Assembly (NCBI GenBank): GCA_964016885.1
Contig: OZ024758.1
Span: 30,194,001 to 30,258,000, forward strand
Source of the DNA: Eledone cirrhosa
Lineage: Eukaryota
Direction: 5' to 3'
DNA length: 64,000 nucleotides
Part shown: piece by piece, positions 51,001-63,000 of the stretch
Numbering within the stretch: position 1 is the stretch's first letter
How the letters are laid out: each line of letters opens with the position of its first letter
The notes under the pieces: generated by a model
What the model was told of the DNA's origin: nothing
The model's input: only the letters and a program-made list of their open reading frames with translations
Database searches by the model: none
Program-made: the position numbers and the translations under genes

Positions 51001-54000
51001 CTCCTCAGGTTGATAAAATTAAGTACCAGTCATAGACGGGGGTCGATAGATTGGCTTTCCTCATTTCCTGAAATTGCTGGCCTTCTGCCAATATTAGAAA
51101 GAACAGTTATGATGTTGCTTGTTGTGGTATCAATAATTTTTTCTACATTAGGCACAAGGCCAGCAATTACCCAGTGCATTACTGGTACTTTATTTGTTGT
51201 GGTATCAATAATAAAGATGTTCACATGATGCTAATATAATAACCGTAATCATCATCATCACCGTTTAATGTCTATTTTGCCATATTTGCATGGGTTAAAT
51301 GGGTGACCAGAGACAAGTCTGGCCACTGGACACACCATACCTTGTTCAGACAGAACTGTATTTTGGCTGGGACTTTTACAGCTGGATGCCCTTCCTAACA
51401 CCAACCAGTGTCGAACTAATTATAAACTGTATACTGCTGCGACCTGTAGCCGTGCCTTTCCCTTCCTTTTCCATTTCCATACCACAAAAGACACTTGAAT
51501 TTTTTACATTTAAAATTATAGATCATATAAAATATTGGCAGGAATATAATTACAATATTAATGATCTTCATATGAGGCTAATATTTATATTGTTAATAAT
51601 TGTGATATTGATACATATATTGTTCATATGAGGCTAATAGCTGACTTCATCATCATCATCTAGTTTATGATTGTGCAGGACACAATTAATCCCTAAGTAG
51701 GGACAGTGCTCCTTAGCGTCTCGCTCCATGTGTTTCTGCCAGTCTCACTTGGGCCAGGCCAATTAATGTTAATGTAATGTTAATAATTATGATATCGATA
51801 CATATGATGTTTAACCCTTTAATGTTCAAACCGGCCAAAAACCGGCCAGAATTCTCTACCTCTTTCTGTTGAAACTGGCTGTAACTGCCCACTCATACTG
51901 ATGTTAAGGTATTGTTCTCAAAATAAATACTTTCAAAATCTCATAGATTCGATATTATGTGAGGTAAAACCTTTACCATGAAAATATAATAGTATATATA
52001 GAGTAATGTGAATGCTAAAGGGTTAATGTATTGCTAAAGTCTTCTAAATATTATTTAACCTCCACAAATAGATCCAAGAATCTCAGGTGGCAGCAAAGAA
52101 GGCACTTGAATATCTAGAGCGTTATTTCTACTTGATCTGTTTTAATGCATATCTTGCTGAACAGGTAGGTATATATTTTCTATCTTAATAATCAATAAAC
52201 ATTATTCCTTGTCTATATTTTTTCTATATATTTGTATGGGCTGAATTAAGAGTTTATCAATTTCAGGTTTGCGAGATACATTATTGTCAACAAAGGTTTG
52301 TGATGTGGCCCTTAAAAAGTATAATAATAATTTCTTGCATAAAAATCATGATCTCTTACAATGAGCCAATGAGAGAGCCTCTATGTGGTTGTTTAGCCAA
52401 TCACTAACTCTAATTTAGAAGATGTATGATCAAAGGCATTTCAGCCATGGCCTCCATGTCTTTATTGGGGTGTAAATGGTTACATTATCTAATGGGTCTT
52501 GTCTTTAGAAATAATTGTTTCTACTTTTGGCACAAGGCCAGCAATTATCCCAGTACATTACTGGTACTTTATTTTATCGACCCCGTAAGGATGAAAGGCA
52601 AAGTTAACCATGGCGCGATTTGAACTCAGAATGGCAAGGGGCATAACTCTATGCGTCAAAGCATAGTGTCCGACCCTCTACCGATACTGCCAATCCACCG
52701 CTCTTTAGATATAATGATAATGCATGACATGTGGGAGATTTGGTGTCTATTTCTAGCAGGTTTTGCCTCTATGTAGATGCTCTATTGGCAAGCTGCTGTT
52801 AGCGGTAGTTAAAGAGTGTTGATTCAGACACTTAGTTCATCTTTTCCCACCATCATATGGTTGGCATCATATGAATTATCTATGAGAATCATCATCATCA
52901 TCATCATTTTACGTCCGCTTTTCCCTGCTTGCAAGGGTGGGACGGGAACTGATTCTGGCTTGATTTCTACAGCTGGATGCCCTTTACAGTGAGTGCTGGG
53001 TGCTTTTTTGCCATGGCACCTCCACGACCACTTTGCAGTGGAATGATAGGGACCCCAGTCCCTATCATCTCATTTCTACAGCTGAGTAAACTGGAGCAAT
53101 GTGTCTTGTTCAAGGAAACAACACATCACCTGGTCTGAGAATTGAACTCACAACCTTTCGATTGCAAGGCCAATGCTCTAACCACTAAGCCATGTGCCTA
53201 AAAGACCATAACAGAATTTACAGTCCATGAGAGTCAAACATGAAGGACTCTGTCTATGTATTTCAACTAATTTTGAAAATAATCTACAATTTGAAGGGAT
53301 TTAATGAAATAACTTTCTCGTTATAAAGTTGGTGTTTAGAACATAACTTAACAAAAGTTTCTTGAATAAAATTATGATGGAAACATTTTTAAAATGGCCA
53401 GTTTTGTTTGTATTATAGAATCAGTGAAGGCATGTGGCTTTGTGGTTAGGGTATTCAGCTTATAATTGTAAGGTTGTGAGTTTGATTCCCAGCAGCACGT
53501 TTTGTCTTTGAGCAAGACACTTTATTTCACGTTGCTCCAATCCATTCAGCTGACAAAATTGAGTTGTACCTATAGTTTGAATGGCCAGCCTTGTCACATT
53601 CTGTGTCATGGTGAATCTCCCTGAGGACTACGTTATGGTTACACATGTCTGTGGAATGCTCAGCCACTTGCACGTTAAATTCATGAGCAGGTTGTTCCAT
53701 TGATTGGGTCAACTGGAACACTCACTGTCATAACTGACGGAGTCAGTCAGTTAAAATCAGGGCAGTTTCTGACAGTTTAGTATCAATAGAATTAGAAATC
53801 TTAGCAGTGGATTTATTCATAATTCTAAATTTTTTAATCATATATTTGGAAATCTATATAGTTGTTAGGCTGCCATTAATAAAATATAGCCAAGAGTTTA
53901 TAAAGTTGTCTTTACAATTCTCCACAATAACTATTACCAGTTCAATCTGACAACCATTGTTAATATTTCAGAGTAATCAAGGATTTTGTATCAATTTTTC

Positions 54001-57000
54001 CGAATGGATGTTGAAACACCCAAATCTTTATCGCATCCAAGTCCAACTGAATCTGTTTCCCAAGAAGGGCCAAGAGTTGCTGAAAGACTGCATACTGGTA
54101 TATTCTCTTGTTAAATAATATACACTGTGTTTGTTGAATAATATATTATGTATTGTGGACTATACTGTGAGTTGTTAGGTATATTGTTCATTGCATTGTA
54201 TGCTACTTGTTGTGATGTCTATTGTGGGATATGGTGAGTTGTATATTGCATGTTGTATGATATATTGTGGCTGTGGTGTACATTGTGTAATGTATGGTAT
54301 GTTGTGAGATATATGTTTGTTTCTAGTTTTGGCACAAGGCCAGCAATTTGAAGGGAAGTTGACTAAATTGATCCTCAGGGCATTACTGGTACTTTATTTT
54401 ATCGAGCCCGAAAGAAGGAAAGGCAAAGCTAACCTGGAAGGATGAAAGGTAAAGCTAACATTGGTGGGATTTGAACTCAGAATGTAAAGCCCCGTAACTA
54501 TATGCCACAAAGCATGTTGTCGGATGCTCTAATGATTCTGCCAATCCATATAATATATTGCATGGTATACTGTGTAATATATTTTATATTGTATGATACA
54601 TTGTTAGCTATATTGAGCATTGTTTGCTATATTATGAGTATAAATCTGTCACACATGAATGTATGCACACACACACTTTTCATTCTGAAAGACTCATGAA
54701 AGTCTGTGTTTATGTTTACAGCAGTTAAAAATGTTTACATTGTCTCCTTTTATGTACTATAACCTAGAAGTTTAACCCTTTACCATTTACATTACTCTAT
54801 ATATACTATTATATTTTCATGGTAAAGGCTTTACCTCACATAATTATCTCACATAATATCAAATCTATGAGATTTTGATATTATTTATTTTGAGAACAAT
54901 ACCTTAACATCAGTATGAGTGGCCAGTTACAGCCAGTTTGAACAGAAATAGGTGAGAGAATTCTGGCCGGATATGACCGGTTTAAATACTAAAGGGGTAA
55001 TAAATAGAGCTTGATAAAATAACTACCAGACTAAAATATCTACTGAGGTTAATTATAATCAACTAAACCCGTATATTAAGGCTCACATAGGACACTAGAA
55101 GATGGCTGGAAAATATATAAATAGAAATAATTTTTTTTATTATGTCAATGGTTTTTCATTATATTGTGAGAATATGTTTGTTTTCATGTTTAGTTTTTAA
55201 ATTGATATACTTTAAATAGATGAAAGGTATCATCTCTCATGAACCTTGATTCACAAACTTATTTGTTCCTGAAGGCTGTTCGTCATCTGAAATGTTTGAA
55301 AACTGAAACTAATTTTCCCATACGAAATGTTGAGAAAGAGACTGTGTATGAATGACAAACAGATATCACCATAGTCACTAACTACACAGCAAGTGTTGCT
55401 TTCCCTGCTGGTACTCCTAGTTTGTCAGCAACTGTTGTTGTCGGCTTGCGTGTTCGTTACTCAAGACACCATTTGTGAACCAAAATGTTTTATATTTGGA
55501 AAATTATTCGTGAACCGATTTGTTCACGATGAGAAGCATTTATGAACTGACGTTCCACTGTATTTATATACCATGAAATACATTGAGAAATAAGCCAAAC
55601 ACTGCTAATTATATCATAGTAGGATTTCATACTTTTCTATAAAATTGTATGTAGCCTTGTGTATGTAAAAAATCCCATATGTTTGAGCAGTATAACTTCT
55701 TCACCTATAATTATTTGCTTTCGTATTTGAAATCATATTACTTTATAACCATGAAATATATTATTGACAAAAGCAGAAAAGAGGAATTCTTTTATGTTAA
55801 TATTTAAACAGGATGAATTTCTTTGTAGATTTTCTTATAGAAGGAATAATTAGTTTTACAAGCTGGATGATATCACCATTAAATGATGAAGCATGAACAA
55901 AGCTTTTTGTTAGTCAGGCAGACTGAGGTATAGTCAGTGCCGGATTTAGGACAAATCAGGTCCTGTGCTAGTTAAGTTATGAGGCTCCTTACTTGGACCC
56001 TGAAGGAGGTAATTCATTGTAAAAAAAGTTTTGGCAGGAAGATGGGCCTTCCTGGCTTACGGAACCCTGTGCTTAAGCACACCTAAGCACAATGGTAAAT
56101 CCAGCATTGGGTATAGTTACAACATAGTCTATTGAAGGACAGTGATGGTATGGAGCCAGTAATTTCAATATCATAGTAACATTGTACAGGATTTTGATCA
56201 ATTAATAGTTTGAACCACTTAAAAGCTTTAATCTGTAAAACACTGTCGTAATGTTGTAAGTTTGATTCCCTAACACATTGTGTCTTTGAGTAAGATATTC
56301 TATATACTTATATATACAAGGGTCAGCTGAAAAGTTCATAAGCTGACCAAGACACTCTCATGGAATGACCAAATGAGGTTTATTTTTAAATATAGTTCCT
56401 AAAAAGAAACAATGCAGTTATTAACACGAAGAGTTGAAATTAATGCATGCAAGATTTCACAGCTCTAGCATCACTCCTTCATAGTCAGCCTACCCTCATA
56501 ATAACTTATATTAATTATATATGAAGTTTTAAGTTCACCTCTTCTCTAATTCAAGATTGAAGACACATTCAATCAGGAAGATGTTTCAAATTCACAACAA
56601 AGTTTGTGTGTTAATTTCCAAAAGGTCAGCAGTCATCTATCTGTCTATGGTATGGCGCAGCCTTCTTCTAAGGTAAGTTGACGAAGACTCTGTTGTTTTA
56701 ACTCTTTTGTTACCATATTACCTATGACAGACACTGCCTATAGTTTCGAAAATAATCCAGGGTTTGTTGGCATTTTATAACTTTCTCATTATTAAGCTGG
56801 AAGGTTTCTTACATAAAAATTATGATGGAAGGTTTTTAAATAAATGTAAACAGTTTCAAATAAAGAGTTTTGTATTGTAAACCAGGAGCTGTTTCAGGAA
56901 GTTTCATATCAAAAGAATTAATGTTTGATTAAACTCCTACTAAAGTAGCGTTATCTGAAGGCTATGACAATGCAAAACGGGTAAATTTTGGAAAAATTTA

Positions 57001-60000
57001 AGGAAACAAAGATGCTAGTGTGTTATCTGTTATTTTATTTACCTGTTCTAATATTTCGGGACTAAAATCCCTTCATCAGACAGCTGGAATAAGAAACAGG
57101 TTTGGAGATTTGTATATTTGTTGTTATAGGCTCACCACTGTACTGTAAGATGACATACATATAACAACAAAAGCACAAATCTCCCTTAACCTGTTGACTG
57201 TCGCATATATTTTATACAGCTACAGTTGCTGTGCCAGTTTTTTTTCAGTAAAATGACTATTTATTAACAACATAAGACTTCAACATCATTCAAACTATAT
57301 AGAAAAGCAGAAAAACATCTTACCATTCAAATCACATGCATACTATAAGAATAACAGTAATATAAAAAACTCAAATGATCGCCGGGAACAAAATCCATGC
57401 GTAATTTATTTGGTAAACGTATGTCATATCTGAATGATTGACAAACATTACATCAATAAACTAGTAACCCCATCTAGCTTTAAAGTTATGAACTTTTGGA
57501 AAGGAGTTTGTTATGTCCTTTAAAGTTATGAACTTTTGGGAACAAGTTTGTTATGTCCTTATGGATAAATGAGTACACTGCAACAGTGTAATAACAATAT
57601 AATCAAAACAAACGGCAGTAACCACATGTAATGGAATAATAGTCTTTTAAGAACCAACAATCCAACACACTAACTCGAACTGTGAACTTGAACTCCAACT
57701 TTGACTATCAACACATGAACTGTGGAACTAGTACCAACTTTGACTATCAACACACCAACTGTGGGACTAGTACCAACTTTGACTATCAACACACCAGCTG
57801 TGGAACTAGTACCAACTTTGACTATAAACATACCAGCTGTGGAACTAGTACCTACTTTGACTATCAACACACCAGCTGTGGAACTAGTACCAACTTTGAC
57901 TATCAACACACCAGCTGTGGAACTAGTACCAACTTTGACTATCAACATACCAGCTGTGGAACTAGTACCAACTTTGACTATCAACACACCAACTGTGGAA
58001 CTAGTACCAACTTTGACTATCAACACACCAGCTGTGGAACTAGTACCAACTTTGACTATCAACATACCAGCTGTGGAACTAGTACCAACTTTGACTATCA
58101 ACACACCAGCTGTGGAACTAGTACCAACTTTGACTATCAACACACCAGCTGTGGAACTAGTGCCAACTTTGACTATCAACACACCAGCTGTGGAACTAGT
58201 ACCAACTTTGACTATCAACACATGAACTGTGGAACTAGTACCAACTTTGACTATCAACACACCAGCTGTGGAACTAGTACCAACTTTGACTATCAACACA
58301 TGAACTGTGGAACTAGTACCAACTTTGACTATCAACACACGAACTGTGGAACCAGTACCAACTTTGACTATCAACACACCAACTGTGGAACTATTACCTA
58401 CTTTGACTATCAACATACCAACTGTGGAACCAGTACCAACGTTGACTATCAACACACAAACTGTGGAACTAGTACCAACTTTGACTATCAACACACGAAC
58501 TGTGGAACTAGTACCAGCTTTGACTATCAACATATGAATTGTGGAACTAGTACCAACTTTGACTATCAACACACAAACTGTGGAACTAGTTCCAACTTTG
58601 ACTATCAACACACGAACTGTGGAACTAGTTCCAACTTTGACTATCAACACACAAACTGTGGAACTAGTAACGACTTTGACTATCAACACATGAACTGTGG
58701 AACTAGTACCAACTTTGACTATCAACACACGAACTGTGGAACTAGTTCCAACTTTGACTATCAACACACTAACTGTGGAACTAGTTCCAACTTTGACTAT
58801 CAACACACCAGCTGTGGAACTAGTACCAACTTTGACTATCAACACATGAACTGTGGAACTAGTACCAACTTTGACTATCAACATACCAGCTGTGGAACTA
58901 GTAAAAACTTTGACTATCAACACACCAACTGTGAAACTAGTACCAACTTTGACTATCAACATACCAGCTGTGGAACTAGTACCAACTTTGACTATCAACA
59001 TATCAACTGTGGAACTAGTACCAACTTTGACTATCAACACACGAACTGTGGAACTAGTACCAACTTTGACTATCAACACACCAACTGTGGAACTAGTACC
59101 AACTTTGACTATCAACATATCAACTGTGGAACTAGTTCCAACTTTGACTATCAACATATCAACTGTGGAACTAGTACCAACTTTGACTATCAACATATGA
59201 ACTGTGGAACTAGTTCCAACTTTGACTATCAACACACCAACTGTGGAACTAGTTCCAACTTTGACTATCAACACACCAACTTTGGAACTAGTACCAACTT
59301 TGACTATCAACATATGAACTGTGGAACTAGTTCCAACTTTGACTATCAACACACCAACTTTGGAACTAGTACCAACTTTGACTATCAACACACACACTGT
59401 GGAACTAGTTCCAACTTTGACTATCAACACACCAACTTTGGAACTAGTACCAACTTTGACTATCAACATATGAATTGTGGAACTAGTACCAACTTTGACT
59501 ATCAACATACCAGCTGTGGAACTAGTACCAACCTTGACTATCAACACACCAACTGTGGAACTAGTACCAACTTTGACTATCAACATACCAGCTGTGGAAC
59601 TAGTAACAACTTTGACTATCAACACATGAACTGTGGAACTAGTACCAACTTTGACTATCAACACACGAACTGTGGAACTAGTTCCAACTTTGACTATCAA
59701 CACACCAACTTTGGAACTAGTACCAACTTTGACTATCAACATATGAACTGTGGAACTAGTTCCAACTTTGACTATCAACACACCAACTTTGGAACTAGTA
59801 CCAACTTTGACTATCAACACACACACTGTGGAACTAGTTCCAACTTTGACTATCAACACACCAACTTTGGAACTAGTACCAACTTTGACTATCAACATAT
59901 GAATTGTGGAACTAGTACCAACTTTGACTATCAACATACCAGCTGTGGAACTAGTACCAACCTTGACTATCAACACACCAACTGTGGAACTAGTACCAAC

Positions 60001-63000
60001 TTTGACTATCAACATACCAGCTGTGGAACTAGTACCAACTTTGACTATCAACACATGAACTGTGGAACTAGTACCAACTTTGACTATCAACACACGAACT
60101 GTGGAACTAGTACCAACTTTGACTATCAACACATGAACTGTGGAACTAGTACCAACTTTGACTATCAACACACCAATTGTGGAACTAGTACCAACTTTGA
60201 CTATCAACACACCAACTGTGGAACTAGTAACAACTTTGACTATCAACACATGAACTGTGGAACTAGTACCAACTTTGACTATCAACACACGAACTGTGGA
60301 ACTAGTACCAACTTTGACTATCAACACACCAACTTTGGAACTAGTAACAACTTTGACTATCAACACACGAACTGTGGAACTAGTACCAACTTTGACTATC
60401 AACACACAAACTGTGGAACCAGTACCAACTTTGACTATCAACACACGAACTGTGGAACTAGTACCAGCTTTGACTATCAACAGACCAGCTGTGGAACTAG
60501 TACCAACTTTGACTATCAACACACAAACTGTGGAACTAGTTCCAACTTTGACTATCAACACACGAACTGTGGAACTAGTTCCAACTTTGACTATCAACAC
60601 ACGAACTGTGGAACTAGTACCGACTTTGACTATCAACACACAAACTGTGGAACCAGTACCAACTTTGACTATCAACACATGAACTGTGGAACTAGTTCCA
60701 ACTTTGACTATCAACATATGAACTGTGGAACTAGTTCCAACTTTGACTATCAACATATGAACTGTGGAACTAGTTCCAACTTTGACTATCAACACACAAA
60801 CTGTGGAACTAGTAACAACTTTGACTATCAACACATGAACTGTGGAACTAGTACCAACTTTGACTATCAACACACGAACTGTGGAACTAATTCCAACTTT
60901 GACTATCAACACACCAGCTGTGGAACTAGTAACAACTTTGACTATCAACACATGAACTGTGGAACTAGTACCAACTTTGACTATCAACACACCAACTTTG
61001 GAACTAGTACCAACTTTGACTATCAACACACCAACTGTGGAACTAGTACCAACTTTGACTATCAACACACAAACTGTGGAACTAGTACCAGCTTTGACTA
61101 TCAACATATCAACTGTGGAACTAGTACCAACTTTGACTATCAACAGACCAGCTGTGGAACTAGTACCAACTTTGACTATCAACACATGAACTGTGGAACT
61201 AGTACCAACTTTGACTATCAACACACAAACTGTGGAACTAGTACCAACTTTGACTATCAACACACCAACTTTGGAACTAGTACCAACTTTGACTATCAAC
61301 ACACCAACTTTGGAACTAGTACCAACTTGCCCACTTACTCAGGCCACTACTATTTATATGTAGTTTTACAGTCCATTCTTGCCAGGGGGTGTTGTACTCT
61401 CACACAACAGAGTTCATAACTTTGAAGTTATGAACTGTTGGAAACAAGTTCAAACATGTTAGGACAAGTTGTCTCGTCTGTGGCACTGAAGAGGTTAAAC
61501 TTCTTGGCCTTATGCCTGAATAACAAGCCATTATGACTTTACCAAATATAATAAAGGTTTTTGATTTTGGCACAAAGCCAACAATTTTAGAGGGGGCGGG
61601 GGTAAGTCGATTAAATTGACCCCAGTGTGCTACTGGTACTTATTTTATCAACCCCGGGATAAAAGGCAAAGTTAACCTCAGCAGAATTTGAACTAAGAAT
61701 GTAAAGAGACGTAATTATAGACCACAAAGCATGTTATCTGATGCTCCACCAATAATGTCAATCCACTGCCTTTCTCCAAAATATAATACAAAAACTATAT
61801 TGATTGGTTTAAACTCTTCAGTGCCCTACACAAGATAACTCACCCTAACGTCATTTTACTGAAAAAACAACCCAACACAGCAACTTTAGCTGTGTAAAAT
61901 ATATGTGGCAGTCAACAGGTTAATGTGGCAGTCAACAGGTTAATGTAGCAGTCAACAGGTTAATGTGGCAGTCAACAGGTTAATGTGGCAGTCAAAAGGT
62001 TAATGTGGCAGTCAACAGGTTAATGTAGCAGTCAACAGGTTAATGTGGCAGTCAACAGGTTAATGTGGCAGTCAACAGGTTAATGTAGCAGTCAACAGGT
62101 TAATGTAGCAGTCAACAGGTTAATGTGGCAGTCAACAGGTTAATGTAGCAGTCAACAGGTTAATGTGGCAGTCAACAGGTTAATGTAGCAGTCAACAGGT
62201 TAATGTGGCAGTCAACAGGTTAATGTGGCAGTCAACAGGTTAATGTGGCAGTCAACAGGTTAATGTGGCAGTCAACAGGTTAATGTGACAGTCAACAGGT
62301 TAATGTGGCAGTCAACAGGTTAATAATCTTTTAATCTTTCCTATTTTTCCTTTCCTATTTTTCAGTCTGTTCGTAAGATCATGGACCATTTGATGAATGG
62401 TAAATCGTATTCCCATGTTGTCTTTATCAATCTACGTAATGACATAAGTATTGAAGCTCAGGGTAAACTGTTTTACATGAGTAATGTCTCTGATGCGAAT
62501 AAACAACCAGTCTATTTTCATGTAAGTTTGAAACATTTTCATTGCTTTTCAATTCTCCTTCTCTCTCTTTCTCTTTTAGTTTTTTTGAAATCCAGTTTAG
62601 AATAGGTACATCATATCTCTGCATGTTGTAAGGGGTGACTAAAAGAGTTAGCACCTAAAGTGGCATCTGGCCATAAAACAGTGCCTTGAAAAGGACCTCA
62701 TGATGAGGCTCAGAGTAAATGCTGTAAATTAGTTGGTATTAGGAAGGAAATTCAGCCATAGAAATCATGTCAAAAATGGAACATATGAGGAAAAGATGGC
62801 TGACCAGTCAGAACAGCCTGTTTAACCCTTTAACATCTACATTACTCTATATTTACTATTATATTTTCACAGTAAACACTTTATTTCATATAATTATCTC
62901 ATATAATATCAAATCTATGAGATTTTGATATTATTTATTTTGATAACAATACCTTAAGGTCAGTATGAGTGGTTAGTTACAGCTGGTTTGAACAGAAAGA

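Noticed and set aside
40741-61327. CRISPR-like arrays
   Set aside because: Units are head-to-tail with no unique spacers; no cas genes; eukaryotic intron context
57670-61419. 1245 aa and 1210 aa repeat proteins
   Set aside because: 39 bp tandem unit inside a MITE within an intron; open frames follow from the unit length
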